A stretch of DNA of 61,125 bases, the filler included, from Sandaracinaceae bacterium (GTDB lineage: Bacteria; Myxococcota_A; Polyangia; Polyangiales; JADJQN01), in the NCBI GenBank assembly GCA_947483975.1. It is 11 parts of 11 records of this genome, joined end to end, with 100 filler letters (N's around TTAATTAATTAA, not from the genome) between each part and the next. Parts side by side here need not be neighbours in the genome. Positions count along the whole stretch, not along the records: positions 28,101 to 33,566 come from CANKOL010000352.1; positions 33,667 to 39,121 come from CANKOL010000353.1; positions 39,222 to 44,637 come from CANKOL010000354.1; 8 more parts are not named here. One strand, 5' to 3'. Each line of letters begins with the position of its first letter. Within the stretch, counting starts at the first letter, position 1. Of this stretch, positions 29,295 to 39,482 are shown piece after piece. Both the position numbers and the translations under genes were made by a program. Under the pieces are notes generated by a model. The model did no database searches. It was given only the letters and a program-made list of their open reading frames with translations, and was not told the DNA's origin.

Positions 29295-31262
29295 ATGATC
29301 GTCGGTGTGATCGGCTCGGGATCCATCGGGCCCGACCTCGCGTACGGCTTCGTGACCGCGCTCGCGGCTGAGCCTGGCAGCAAGGTTTACCTCGTAGACA
29401 TCAAGCAAGAGGCGCTCGACGCGGGCGTCGCCCGCATCAAGGGCTACGTCGGCAAGGCGCTCGCGCGCGGCAAGATGAGCGCAAAGGCGGCAGCCGCCGT
29501 CGACGCCGTGCTCAAGCCCACGATGCGCATGGCCGACCTCGCGGACTGCGACTACGTCCTCGAGGCCGCGACGGAGCACCTGCCGCTCAAGCGCATCATC
29601 CTCAAGGACATCGAGGGCATCGTGCGCCCCGATTGTCTCGTCGGCTTCGCGACCTCGGGCATCCCGCGCGCGCAGATCGCGAGCGAGGCGAAGCACCCCG
29701 ACCGCTGTTTCGTGAATCACCCGTTCTTCCCGGCTTGGCGCACTCTCCCGATCGAGATCGTGTTCTCGGGCGACGCCGCGCTCGGGCAGCGGATGATGGA
29801 CACGATGCGCAAGCTCGGGAAGGTGCCGATCGTCACCGCCGACGTCGAGTGCTTCGCGGCCGACGACATCTTCTGCAACTACATCAGCGAAGCCGCGCGG
29901 ATGGTCGAGGAGGGGCTCGCGACGCCCGCGCAGGTCGACAAGGCGGTCAACGATGCCGTCGGCGGCGGCGGCCCGTTCAACGTCATGGACCTCACCTCGG
30001 GCAACAAGCTCGTCGTGCACTGTCAGGAGCTGATGCGCGACGGCGCGCACGGCTCGCCGTGGTTCAACCCGCCGGCGATCCTGTCGACGCAGGGGAACAC
30101 TCCCTGGCACGACCCGAAGAAGCCGGGCGACGCGACCTGCAGCGAGCCCGTGCGGCAGCAGATCGTCGACCGCATCCTCGCCGTGCTGCTCGGGCGCGCG
30201 TTCGCCGTGATGGACGACAAGACCTGCGAGCCGACTGATCTCAACTGGCTGCTGCGCCTCTCGCTCGGCTTCGAGAAGGGCACGCTCGAGCTCGCGGAGA
30301 CGCTCGGCCTCGAGAAGGTCCACGCGGTGTGCGCGGCGTTCCAGGCGAAGTTCCCGGACTTCCCGATCCCCGCGTCCATCGCCGAGAAGCGTCCGCTGTC
30401 GCTCTCGCGGGATGTGCGCGTCGAGCGCGACGGCGCCATCGCCACGGTGCGGGTCTTCCGCCCCGAGGTGCGCAACGCGCTCTGCGCGCGGACGATGCGC
30501 GAGCTTCAGCACGCCGTGCAGACGCTCGGCGCCGACCCGACGGTGAAGGGCATCGTGCTCACGTCGTCAGACGGCGCGTTCGCGGGCGCTGACATCAACG
30601 AGCTCGCGGCGCTCAAGAGCCCCGAGGAGTGCGAGGCGCTCTGCAACCGCGGGCACGCCTTCATCGACGCCATCGTCTCCTGCCCGAAGCCCGTCGTCGC
30701 GGCCCTCGATGGGCCCGTGCTCGGCGGCGGCGCGGAGCTCTCGATGGCGTGTCATGCGCGCGTCGTCGGGCGCGGGCTGATCCTCGGGCAGCCCGAGGTC
30801 GACCTCGGGATCATCCCGGGCTACGGCGGCACGCAGCGCCTCCCGCGCCTCATCGGGCTCGAGGCGGCGCTGCCCTTGCTGCGCACGGGCAAGACGATCG
30901 ACGCGGCGACGGCGTGCAAGCTCGGCTGGGCGAGCGGTGAGCCGGTCGCGGATCCGGTCGCGGGCGCGAAGGCGCTCATCGGCGCGCACCTCGAGGGCAA
31001 GGTGAAGCTCGCGCCGGTCGATCCGAAGCCGCTGGACGTCCCCGCGAAGCTCGCGTCGCAGGACCTCGGGCATCGCTCGCTGATGATCGACGGCATCCTC
31101 GTCGACGTCGTGCGGCGCGGGCTCGCGCTGCCGCTCGCCGAGGGGCTGAAGATCGAGGCCCACGGCTTCGGGCGCTGCCAACGCACGAAGGACATGCACG
31201 TCGGGATGACCAACTTCATGCAAAACGGCCCGCGGGTTCCCGCGGTCTTCCTGCACGAGTGA
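29295..31262 (+). CDS. 3-hydroxyacyl-CoA dehydrogenase / enoyl-CoA hydratase fusion (HAD N-terminal, ECH C-terminal)
   Basis: AAGGAG RBS; GSGSIG Rossmann motif, EAATE....K, HPFFP; AGADI, GGGAEL, QPEV.LGIIPGYGGTQRLPR. Confidence 0.9.
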   Translation: MIVGVIGSGSIGPDLAYGFVTALAAEPGSKVYLVDIKQEALDAGVARIKGYVGKALARGKMSAKAAAAVDAVLKPTMRMADLADCDYVLEAATEHLPLKRIILKDIEGIVRPDCLVGFATSGIPRAQIASEAKHPDRCFVNHPFFPAWRTLPIEIVFSGDAALGQRMMDTMRKLGKVPIVTADVECFAADDIFCNYISEAARMVEEGLATPAQVDKAVNDAVGGGGPFNVMDLTSGNKLVVHCQELMRDGAHGSPWFNPPAILSTQGNTPWHDPKKPGDATCSEPVRQQIVDRILAVLLGRAFAVMDDKTCEPTDLNWLLRLSLGFEKGTLELAETLGLEKVHAVCAAFQAKFPDFPIPASIAEKRPLSLSRDVRVERDGAIATVRVFRPEVRNALCARTMRELQHAVQTLGADPTVKGIVLTSSDGAFAGADINELAALKSPEECEALCNRGHAFIDAIVSCPKPVVAALDGPVLGGGAELSMACHARVVGRGLILGQPEVDLGIIPGYGGTQRLPRLIGLEAALPLLRTGKTIDAATACKLGWASGEPVADPVAGAKALIGAHLEGKVKLAPVDPKPLDVPAKLASQDLGHRSLMIDGILVDVVRRGLALPLAEGLKIEAHGFGRCQRTKDMHVGMTNFMQNGPRVPAVFLHE

Positions 31263-31285
31263 CCGCGCGACTCTAGGAGAACCCC

Positions 31286-32569
31286 ATGAACCACGACGCT
31301 GATCCGATTGTGATCCTCGAAGGCGCGCGGCGACTTCCCCGCGCCGACATCCTCATCAACAACAAGAAGCCCGGGCATTTCTCGCGCTTCACGGCGACGC
31401 AGCTCGGTGGGCTCGCCATCGCGGCGACCGTCGAGCAGACGCACGTCGACAAGAAGCTCGTCGGTCATGTCGTGATGGGCATGGCGCAGCACAGCCATCG
31501 CGACTCGATCTACGGCGCGCAGGGAATGCGCTGGCGCGGCGGGCTCCCGGACGAGGTGCCGGCGCTCACCGTCGCGCGCATCTGCGGCAGCGGCGCGGAG
31601 GCCATCGCCGTCGCGAGCGAGATGCTCACGGCGAACCTGCGGCACGACCCCGAGCGCCCGTTCTACGTCGCGGGCGGCGCGGAGAGCATGCAGTACCCGT
31701 TCTGCCTCTATAACTTCCGAGGCAAGGCGATCGGCACGTCCACGCAGAAGTACGGCCCGATCGACGCGAAGGCGCTCCCGCCGGGCACGCACCTGCAGGA
31801 CATGCTCCTGATGAGCCTCTACGACCCGTCCGCCGACATGGCGATGGCGAACACCGGCGAGGAGCTCGCGCGCCGCTACGGCATCACGCGCGAGCAGTGC
31901 GACGCCTTTGGCCTCCGCTCGCAGAAGCTCGCCAAGCAGGCGCGCGACGCGGGCTGGTGTGACCTCGAGACGGCGCCCGTGCTCGTCGAGGACGACACGC
32001 ACGCGCCCTTCGCGCTGAAGCACGACACGCACATCATGGACGACGCGACCCTCGAGGGGCTCGCGCGCCTTCGCCCCGCGTTCGAGGCGGGCGGCGTCAT
32101 CACCGCGGGCAACGCGAGCGCGGTCGTCGACGGCGCCGCGGCGATGGTGCTCGGGCGCGAGAGCGACGCGAAGCAGCACGGCTACAAGCCGCTCGCGCGC
32201 ATCATCGGGATGGGCGTCGCGGGCTGCGACCCGCACATCATGGGCTGGGGCCCGGTGCCCTCGACGCGCAACGCGCTCGCGCGCGCGGGCATCAAGGGCA
32301 GCGACGTGAACCACGTCGAGCTCAACGAGGCGTTCGCGCCTCAGGCGCTCGCGTGCATCCGCGACTTCGAGGCGATGGGCATCGACCCCGAGAAGGTGAA
32401 CCCGCAGGGCGGCGCCATCGCCATCGGGCACCCGCTCGGCGCGACGGGCGCGATCCTCACGGTGACGTGCGCGCACGCGCTTCGCCGCAAGAACGAGCGC
32501 TACGGGCTCGTGACGATGTGCATCGGCGGCGGGCAGGGCATCACGCTCGTGCTCGAGAACGCGAACTAA
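31286..32569 (+). CDS. Acetyl-CoA acyltransferase (thiolase)
   Basis: AGGAG RBS; ICGSG, TAGNAS..DGAA, NEAFA, GHPLGATG, MCIGGGQG. Confidence 0.95.
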   Translation: MNHDADPIVILEGARRLPRADILINNKKPGHFSRFTATQLGGLAIAATVEQTHVDKKLVGHVVMGMAQHSHRDSIYGAQGMRWRGGLPDEVPALTVARICGSGAEAIAVASEMLTANLRHDPERPFYVAGGAESMQYPFCLYNFRGKAIGTSTQKYGPIDAKALPPGTHLQDMLLMSLYDPSADMAMANTGEELARRYGITREQCDAFGLRSQKLAKQARDAGWCDLETAPVLVEDDTHAPFALKHDTHIMDDATLEGLARLRPAFEAGGVITAGNASAVVDGAAAMVLGRESDAKQHGYKPLARIIGMGVAGCDPHIMGWGPVPSTRNALARAGIKGSDVNHVELNEAFAPQALACIRDFEAMGIDPEKVNPQGGAIAIGHPLGATGAILTVTCAHALRRKNERYGLVTMCIGGGQGITLVLENAN

Positions 32570-32580
32570 CTAGGCCGAGA

Positions 32581-32601
32581 GAGGCGCGCCCGCGGCGCCT
32601 C
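32581..32601. terminator. Hairpin between convergent genes
   Basis: GAGGCGC-gcccgcg-GCGCCTC; no U-tract. Confidence 0.3.
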
Positions 32602-32881
32602 AACGTCCGTCCCGACGCCCGCCGAGCCGCGCGAGAATTCGCTGCAGCTCGTCGGGCGTCACGTTGATGTGCTCGACGACGCGCCCGTAGAGCTGCGCGG
32701 AGCTGACGTCGCGCCCGGGGCGCTCCTTCTCGAACTCGCTGAGCTGCCAGAGCACGACGCGCTCGAGGCGCGTGAGCCCGTCGCGCGCGTCGGGGATGCG
32801 CTCGTCGATCGGGCGCGTGTTGGCTCGCGCAGGCGCACCCCTGCCGCGCCCAGCACCGTCGCCAGGCTCACCAGATGCCAT
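32600..32881 (-). CDS. Small protein resembling the GyrA/ParC N-terminal winged-helix segment
   Basis: IPDARDGL...ERVVLW...SAQLYGRVV matches GyrA LPDVRDGL...RRVLY...SARVVGDVI; no catalytic Tyr region. Confidence 0.7.
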   Translation of the reverse strand: MASGEPGDGAGRGRGAPARANTRPIDERIPDARDGLTRLERVVLWQLSEFEKERPGRDVSSAQLYGRVVEHINVTPDELQRILARLGGRRDGR

Positions 32882-33566
32882 CGCACAACGCGGGGACCGG
32901 GTCGCCCGGCAGGGCGGTGATGCACGAGCCGCTCATGCAGACGCCCATCTGCGCCCCGTCGCAGCAGCTGACCCTCGGCGCGGGGCTGTAGCGGCAGCCC
33001 AACATCGAATCACACGTCGTCGACTCGCACTGCCGCGTGTCGCAGACGACCGTGAACAGCTGGCAGGTGCCCATCGCGCTGCAGAGGCTCGACTCGCACG
33101 CGTTGACCGGCCCGCAGGCGGCGCCCGCGGCGGGCGCGAAGGTGCAGCCGGTGGCCTGGTTACAGCTCGTATCCGTGCAGGCGTTGCCGTCCTCGCACGG
33201 ATTTGCCGCGCCCGTGCAGCCGCCACCGGAGCATTGGTCGCCGATCGTGCACGGGTTGCCGTCGTCGCACGCGGCCGCGTTCGGGATGTTCTGGCAGCCG
33301 ACCGCGGGGTTGCAGCCGTCGTCCGTGCATGGGTTTCCATCGCCGGGGCACGCGATCGGCCCGCGCACGCACACATCCCCCATGCACGACGCCGTCTCGC
33401 ACGCGTTGGCCGGGGCGCAGGTCGCGGCGGTGCACGTGGGGTACTGACAGCCCGTCGTGGCGTTGCAGGTGCCGCCTGGCGCGGCGGTGCACAGGGCTGG
33501 GTTCGCACCGTACGTGCACTCGCCGCCGAAGCATCGGTCCTCGGTGCAGGCGACGCCGTCGTCGCA
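32868..33566 (-). CDS. Cys-rich repeat protein (CDDGNxCTxDxC repeats; 5' truncated)
   Basis: CDDGVACTEDRC, DGNPCTDDGC, CDDGNPCTIGDQC, CEDGNACTDTSC. Confidence 0.8.
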   Translation of the reverse strand, partial: CDDGVACTEDRCFGGECTYGANPALCTAAPGGTCNATTGCQYPTCTAATCAPANACETASCMGDVCVRGPIACPGDGNPCTDDGCNPAVGCQNIPNAAACDDGNPCTIGDQCSGGGCTGAANPCEDGNACTDTSCNQATGCTFAPAAGAACGPVNACESSLCSAMGTCQLFTVVCDTRQCESTTCDSMLGCRYSPAPRVSCCDGAQMGVCMSGSCITALPGDPVPALCDGIW

Positions 33567-33666
33567 NNNNNNNNNNNNNNNNNNNNNNNNNNNNNNNNNN
33601 NNNNNNNNNNTTAATTAATTAANNNNNNNNNNNNNNNNNNNNNNNNNNNNNNNNNNNNNNNNNNNN
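33567..33666. other. Artificial contig linker
   Basis: N44-TTAATTAATTAA-N44. Confidence 0.99.
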
Positions 33667-33784
33667 GATACGCGACGCGCAGCACGCGCTCGATCACGCC
33701 CCGCCGCGCGCTGTAGAAGCGCCCGCGGCTCGGCTCCGGGTCGAGTGCCACCGTGCCCTCCGCGCTCACGCCTTGCCCACGCAT
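33667..33784 (-). CDS. N-terminal fragment of a gene divergent from purB (truncated)
   Basis: MRGQGVSAEGTVALDPEPSRGRFYSARRGVIERVLRVAY is open to the contig edge. Confidence 0.35.
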
Positions 33785-33945
33785 CTCGCAGAAGGTCGCC
33801 GCTCTCGCGCCGCGCGTCTCGCGGTTCCGCGCGAACGGCGGCCCGCGCCCGCTGAGCCGTCGTGTGCGCGACCTCGCTGGGGACGGCGCCGCCGCTCGCG
33901 CGCTGCGGTGCCCGCCCCGCTTCTCTGCTACGTTCGCGCCCCGCC

Positions 33946-35283
33946 ATGATCCCGCGCTACACGCCGAGCGACTTCGCCGACCTCTGGTCCACCCGCCGCC
34001 GCTACGAGACGTGGTTCGACGTCGAGCTCGCCGCGTGTGAGGCGATGGAGCGCGCCGGCACCGTGCCCGCCGGGACCGCCGCCGCCGTGCGCCCCTTCCG
34101 CGCGCAGCTCGATCCCGACCGCATCGACGAGATCGAGCGCACGACGCGGCACGACGTGATCGCGTTCCTGACCCACGTCGAGCAGATCGCCGGGGAGCCC
34201 GCCCGCTGGCTGCACCGCGGCATGACCTCGAGCGATGTCCTCGACTCTTCCCTCGCGCTCGTGCTCCGCGACGCGACGGACAAGCTGATCGTGCGCACCG
34301 ACGCCGTGCTCGCCGCGTTCGAGCGCCGCATCGAGGAGCACCGCAGCACGCCGATGATCGGGCGCTCGCACGGCATCCACGCCGAGCCGACGACCTTCGG
34401 CGTCGCGCTCGCGGGGCACTACGCGGAGCTCGTGCGCGGCCGTCGCGCGCTCGTCGAGGCGCGCCGCACGATCGCCGTCGGCAAGATCGCCGGCGCCGTC
34501 GGCACCTACGCGCACCTGACGCCCGCCATCGAGGCCGACGCGCTCGCTCAGCTCGGGCTCCGCGCCGAGACGGTCGCGACGCAGATCGTCTCCCGCGATC
34601 GGCACGCCGCGCTGCACGCCGCGTGCGCGCTCGTCGCCGCGAGCATCGAGCGCTTCGCGACCAACGTGCGGCACTGGCAGCGCACCGAGCTGACCGAGGC
34701 CGAAGAGGCGTTCCAGAAGGGCCAGAAGGGCTCTTCCGCGATGCCGCACAAGCGCAACCCCATCCTCAGCGAGAACCTCTGCGGGCTCGCGCGCGTCGTG
34801 CGCGCCGCGGTCATCCCCGCGCTCGAGAACGTCGCCCTCTGGCACGAGCGCGACATCTCGCACTCCTCCGTCGAGCGCATGCTGATGCCCGACGCGACGG
34901 CGACCCTCGCCTTCATGCTCGACCGCACGCGCGGGCTCGTCGACGGCCTCGTCGTCTATCCCGCGAACCTCGCCAAGAACCTCGCGCTCACGCACGGGCT
35001 CTGGGCGTCCGAGGGGCTGCTCCTCGCGCTCGTCGGGCACGGGCTCGGGCGGCAAGAGGCGTACGTGCTCGTGCAGCGGAACGCGATGCGCGCGTTCCAC
35101 GGCGAGGGGCTGTTCCGCGACTTCCTCCTCGCGGACGAGGAGCTCCGCGCGAAGCTCTCCGAGGCCGAGATCGAGGCGCAATTCGACCTCGGGCACGCGC
35201 TCGCGCACACGGGCACCATCATCGATCGCGCGCTCGCCGAAGGGCGCGCTGCAACGGCATCCACAGAGGGAGCGACATCGTGA
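33946..35283 (+). CDS. purB: Adenylosuccinate lyase
   Basis: [56 protein letters not shown]. Confidence 0.97.
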   Translation: MIPRYTPSDFADLWSTRRRYETWFDVELAACEAMERAGTVPAGTAAAVRPFRAQLDPDRIDEIERTTRHDVIAFLTHVEQIAGEPARWLHRGMTSSDVLDSSLALVLRDATDKLIVRTDAVLAAFERRIEEHRSTPMIGRSHGIHAEPTTFGVALAGHYAELVRGRRALVEARRTIAVGKIAGAVGTYAHLTPAIEADALAQLGLRAETVATQIVSRDRHAALHAACALVAASIERFATNVRHWQRTELTEAEEAFQKGQKGSSAMPHKRNPILSENLCGLARVVRAAVIPALENVALWHERDISHSSVERMLMPDATATLAFMLDRTRGLVDGLVVYPANLAKNLALTHGLWASEGLLLALVGHGLGRQEAYVLVQRNAMRAFHGEGLFRDFLLADEELRAKLSEAEIEAQFDLGHALAHTGTIIDRALAEGRAATASTEGATS

Positions 35284-36245
35284 CAGTCACGGAAGAGACG
35301 CTGCGCGCAGGGCTCGCGCTCACGCTCGATCACACCGATCTCGACGCGCTCGGCACCAAGTACGAGGGCAAGGTCCGGGACAACTACTCGACCAAGGACG
35401 GGCGCCGCATCCTCGTCACGACGGACCGCATCAGCGCGTTCGATCGCGTGCTCGGGACGCTGCCGTTCAAGGGGCAGGTGCTCAACGGCATCGCCGCTTG
35501 GTGGTTCGATCAGACCAAGGACGTCGCGCCGAATCACGTGCTCGACGTGCCCGATCCGAACGTCCTGATCGGCATCGAGTGCGAGCCGCTGCACGTCGAG
35601 ATGGTCGTGCGCGCCTACATCACGGGCGTCACCTCGACGAGCATCTGGACGCACTACGAGCAGGGCAAGCGCGAGTTCTGCGGGCACCGCCTGCCCGACG
35701 GGCTCTCGAAGCACGAGAAGCTCCCGGAGCCGATCCTGACGCCGAGCACCAAGGCGCCGAAGGGCGGTCACGACATCAGCGCGTCGCGCGAGGAGATCCT
35801 CGCGCTCGGGCAGGTGACCGCGCGCGACTTCGACGCGAGCGCCGAGATCGCGATGGCGCTCTTCGCCCGCGGCCAAGAGATCTGCGCGGCGCGCGGGCTG
35901 ATCCTCGTCGACACCAAGTACGAGCTCGGCAAGACGAAGGACGGGCAGATCGTCGTCATCGACGAGATCCACACGCCCGACTCCTCGCGCTTCTGGTACG
36001 CGTCCACCTACGCGCAGCGCCTCGCGCAGCACGCCGACCCCGAGTCCTTCGACAAGGAGTACGTGCGCCGCTGGCTCGCCGCGCAGGGCTACACGGGCGA
36101 CAGCGAGCAGCCGCCGCTGACGGACGAGCTCCGCATCGAGGCCTCGCGCCGCTACATCGAGGCGTGTGACACGATCCGCGGCACCGCGTTCGTCCCCGAC
36201 CTCAGCCCGCCGCTGCCGCGCATTCGCAAGAACCTCGGGCTCTGA
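35280..36245 (+). CDS. purC: SAICAR synthetase
   Basis: [52 protein letters not shown]. Confidence 0.97.
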   Translation: MTVTEETLRAGLALTLDHTDLDALGTKYEGKVRDNYSTKDGRRILVTTDRISAFDRVLGTLPFKGQVLNGIAAWWFDQTKDVAPNHVLDVPDPNVLIGIECEPLHVEMVVRAYITGVTSTSIWTHYEQGKREFCGHRLPDGLSKHEKLPEPILTPSTKAPKGGHDISASREEILALGQVTARDFDASAEIAMALFARGQEICAARGLILVDTKYELGKTKDGQIVVIDEIHTPDSSRFWYASTYAQRLAQHADPESFDKEYVRRWLAAQGYTGDSEQPPLTDELRIEASRRYIEACDTIRGTAFVPDLSPPLPRIRKNLGL

Positions 36246-36266
36246 AGGCGGGCGGAGGCGCCGCCC

Positions 36267-37520
36267 CTACTCGAGCCCGAGCACGCGCCGCGCGGTCGCG
36301 ACGAGCTCCTTCAGCGCGAAGGGCTTGACGAGGAACGCGTCGGCGCCGACGGCGGAGAGCACCCTCCAGTCGGCGGCCCCACCGACGGCGGTGCAGACGA
36401 TGATCGGCACGCGCTGCGGCTGATCATTCGCGCGTATCGCCATCGTCAGCTCGAGCCCGGTGAGCCCCGGCATCTGCAGGTCGAGGACGGCGAGCGAGAG
36501 CTGCTGAGTCTCCGCGACCTGCAACGCCTCGGAGCCGTCCGCGCAGGGGACGATCTGCACGCCGGGGAACGCGGCGCTGAGCGCCCTCGAGATGAGCGCG
36601 CGGATCGCGTCGTCGTCGTCAGCCACGAGGATGCGCGCGACGGTGCGGCTGGAGTGCCGGGCGTCCCGCACGTCGACGAGCGCCCGACGGAACGCCTCCG
36701 CCGTCGCGGGGCGTCGCTCCGGGTCCCTCGAGATCGCCGCGAGGATGACCGCGTCGAAGTCGCGGCGGAGGTCGGGGCGCACCTCGCTCGGCGCAGGCAA
36801 GCGCCCCTCGCGCAGCGCGTGCTCGCGCTCGCGCGCGACCGAAGAGTCGAAGGGCGTGACCCCCGCGAGCAGCTCGTACGCCATCATGCCGAGCGAGTAC
36901 ACGTCGGCGCGCTGCGCCTGCGAGGCCGTCAGGTGGTCCCCCTGCCACATCTCGGGCGCCATGTAGCGGGGCGTGCCGCCAGGCTCCATCGCGAGGGGCT
37001 GCTCCCCGTCGAAGATGCGCGCGATGCCGAGGTCCCCGATGGCGATGCGCAGCGCCGGGCCGACGAGGATGTTCGACGGCTTGAGGTCGCGGTGCACGGC
37101 GCCGGCCGCGTGGATGGCCGAGACCCCACGGCAGAGCCGCTCGCAGATGCCGATCGCCTCGTCCTCGGAGAGCAGCGCGCCTCGCCCGAGGACCCACGCC
37201 TCGAGCGTCGGCCCGGGCACCATCTCCATCACGAAGTACGGCACGCGGACGCGCTCGCCGTAGGCGTAGATCGCGATCACGTTCTCGTGTCGCACGCGCG
37301 CCATCGCCCGCGCCTCGTCGAGGAAGAGCGACTTGACCTCGTCGCTCGTCGGCACATCGGGGCGGATGAATTTGATCGCGACGTCGCGCGCGAGGTGCTT
37401 GTCGCGCGCGAGGTAGACCACGCCCATCGCGCCCCGCCCGAGCACGCCGACGATCTCGTAGACACCGTCTACGAGGTCGCCCGGCTGCAAGTAGGTGCGC
37501 GATGGCGCGGCGTCGGACAT
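36267..37520 (-). CDS. Ser/Thr kinase fused to a C-terminal receiver domain
   Basis: GRGAMG, VAIK, HRDLKPSN, DLG, GTPRYMAPE; receiver VADDD, LDLQMP, KPF. Confidence 0.92.
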   Translation of the reverse strand: MSDAAPSRTYLQPGDLVDGVYEIVGVLGRGAMGVVYLARDKHLARDVAIKFIRPDVPTSDEVKSLFLDEARAMARVRHENVIAIYAYGERVRVPYFVMEMVPGPTLEAWVLGRGALLSEDEAIGICERLCRGVSAIHAAGAVHRDLKPSNILVGPALRIAIGDLGIARIFDGEQPLAMEPGGTPRYMAPEMWQGDHLTASQAQRADVYSLGMMAYELLAGVTPFDSSVAREREHALREGRLPAPSEVRPDLRRDFDAVILAAISRDPERRPATAEAFRRALVDVRDARHSSRTVARILVADDDDAIRALISRALSAAFPGVQIVPCADGSEALQVAETQQLSLAVLDLQMPGLTGLELTMAIRANDQPQRVPIIVCTAVGGAADWRVLSAVGADAFLVKPFALKELVATARRVLGLE

Positions 37521-37637
37521 TCGGCGGATCATGCCGGAGCGCGCGGGAACCGTCACGCTCTGTGTCGATGAGCCCACTTTGCGACGCGGGGTCGCGCCCT
37601 TGTCGGTCGGAGCCCGCCAATGTAGATACGGCCTCCG

Positions 37638-39121
37638 ATGCGTTACTCCCGCGCCTTCATCCCCACGCTCAAAGATGCCCCCAAAGACGCCACGACGGCC
37701 TCGCACGCGCTGCTCCTGCGCGCCGGCTACGTCCGCCAAGTAGGCGCGGGGATCTACGAATTCCTGCCGCTAGGCCACCGCGTGCTCAAGAACATCGAGC
37801 GCACCGTCCGCGAGGAGATGGACGCGTCGGGCGCCCAAGAGGTGCTGATGCCGGCGCTCCTGCCGTCCGAGTACTTCAAGGAGACGGGCCGCTGGGACGT
37901 CTACGGCGACGTGCTGATGCGCCTCAAGGACAGGAAGGGCGGCGAGTACCACCTCGGGCCGACGCACGAGGAGATCATCACCGACATGGTGCGGCGCGAC
38001 GTCAAGAGCTACCGCCAGCTGCCCATCAACCTCTATCAGATCCAGATGAAGTTCCGCGACGAGCCTCGCCCCCGCGCGGGCCTGCTGCGCTGTCGCGAGT
38101 TCGTCATGAAGGACGCCTACAGTTTCGACCTCGACGAGGCGGGCGCGATGAAGAGCTACGGCGAGATGCGGGACACCTACCACCGCATCTTCAAGCGCCT
38201 CGGGCTGCAGTATCGCGTCGTCGAGGCCGACTCGGGCGCCATCGGCGGCAAGACGAGCGCGGAGTTCCAGGTGCTCGCGCAGTCGGGCGAGGACCACATC
38301 GTCGCCTGCACGAAGTGCGACTACGCCGCGAACGTAGAGGTCGCCGAGGGCAAGCTCGTGCAGGACGAGCGCGCGGGCGCGTCGGCGGGCCTGCCCGAGA
38401 AGCTGCACACGCCGGGCGCGGGCGGCATCGACGACGTCGTCGCGTTCCTGAATAAGGCGGGGCACACCGCGGTTACGTCCGCGCAGATGCTGAAGTCGCT
38501 CGTCTACATCGCGGGCACGCGGGTCGTGATGGTCGTCGTGCGCGGGGACCATCAGGTCAACGAGATCAAGCTCGCCAAGGCGCTCGGCGCGGCCGAGGTG
38601 CACCTCGCGTCCGAGGCCGAGGTCAAGCGCGCGACGGGCGCGTCCATCGGCTTCGCGGGCCCGGTCGGCTTCACGGGCGAGCTGCTCGCGGACCTCGCGG
38701 TCGGCAACGTCGTCGACGGCATCACGGGCGCGAACGAGACCGACCATCACCTGCTGCGCGTCAACCACGGGCGCGACTTTCAGGCGGCCCTCGCCGACGT
38801 GCGCATGGTCGGCAAGGGCGACCTCTGCCCGCGCTGCGGCGAGGCGCTCGAGGCGTATCAGGGCATCGAGGGCGGGCACGTCTTCGTGCTCGGCACGCAC
38901 TACAGCGCGAAGATGAACGCCGTCTACCTCGACGATAAGGGCCAAGAAGTGCCGATGTTCATGGGCTGCTACGGCATCGGCGTCTCGCGCCTCGTCGCCG
39001 CGGCGGTCGAGCAGAACCACGACGCGGACGGCATCGCGTGGCCGATGGGCATCGCGCCCTACCACGTGATCATCACCGCGCTCGGCAAGGACGACGCCGT
39101 GCGCGACGCCGCCGAGGCTGC
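37638..39121 (+). CDS. proS: Proline--tRNA ligase, bacterial type with editing insertion (3' truncated)
   Basis: LGPTHEE, KFRDEPRPR.GL.R.REF.MKDAYSF, YAANVE, MGCYGIGVSR. Confidence 0.97.
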
Positions 39122-39221
39122 NNNNNNNNNNNNNNNNNNNNNNNNNNNNNNNNNNNNNNNNNNNNTTAATTAATTAANNNNNNNNNNNNNNNNNNNNNNN
39201 NNNNNNNNNNNNNNNNNNNNN
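39122..39221. other. Artificial contig linker
   Basis: N44-TTAATTAATTAA-N44. Confidence 0.99.
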
Positions 39222-39482
39222 CGCGGGCACCCGCCCCGCCCCCGCCGGGCGCGCGAGCGCGAGCGCGCCAGCGAGTATGGCGAGCGCCTGCAACAGCAGC
39301 GCGAGCTGGGGGATCAGCTTCTTCCACGGCCGCTCCGCGCGCAGGTCCCGCAGCGCGAGCTCCCAGAGCAGCGTCGAGCCGACCTCGCGCGCCTGCCGAC
39401 GGCGCTTGAGGACGTAGAGCAGCACGAGCGGCGCGAGCAGCCCGACCCACAGCAGCGAGAGCGGCGACAGCAGGCTCATCAA
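39222..39482 (-). CDS. BatA-domain (N-terminal double-TM) / vWA protein (3' truncated)
   Basis: P..LL...P.VLLY.LKRRR....STLLW...LLLQ.L....ALARP. Confidence 0.85.
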
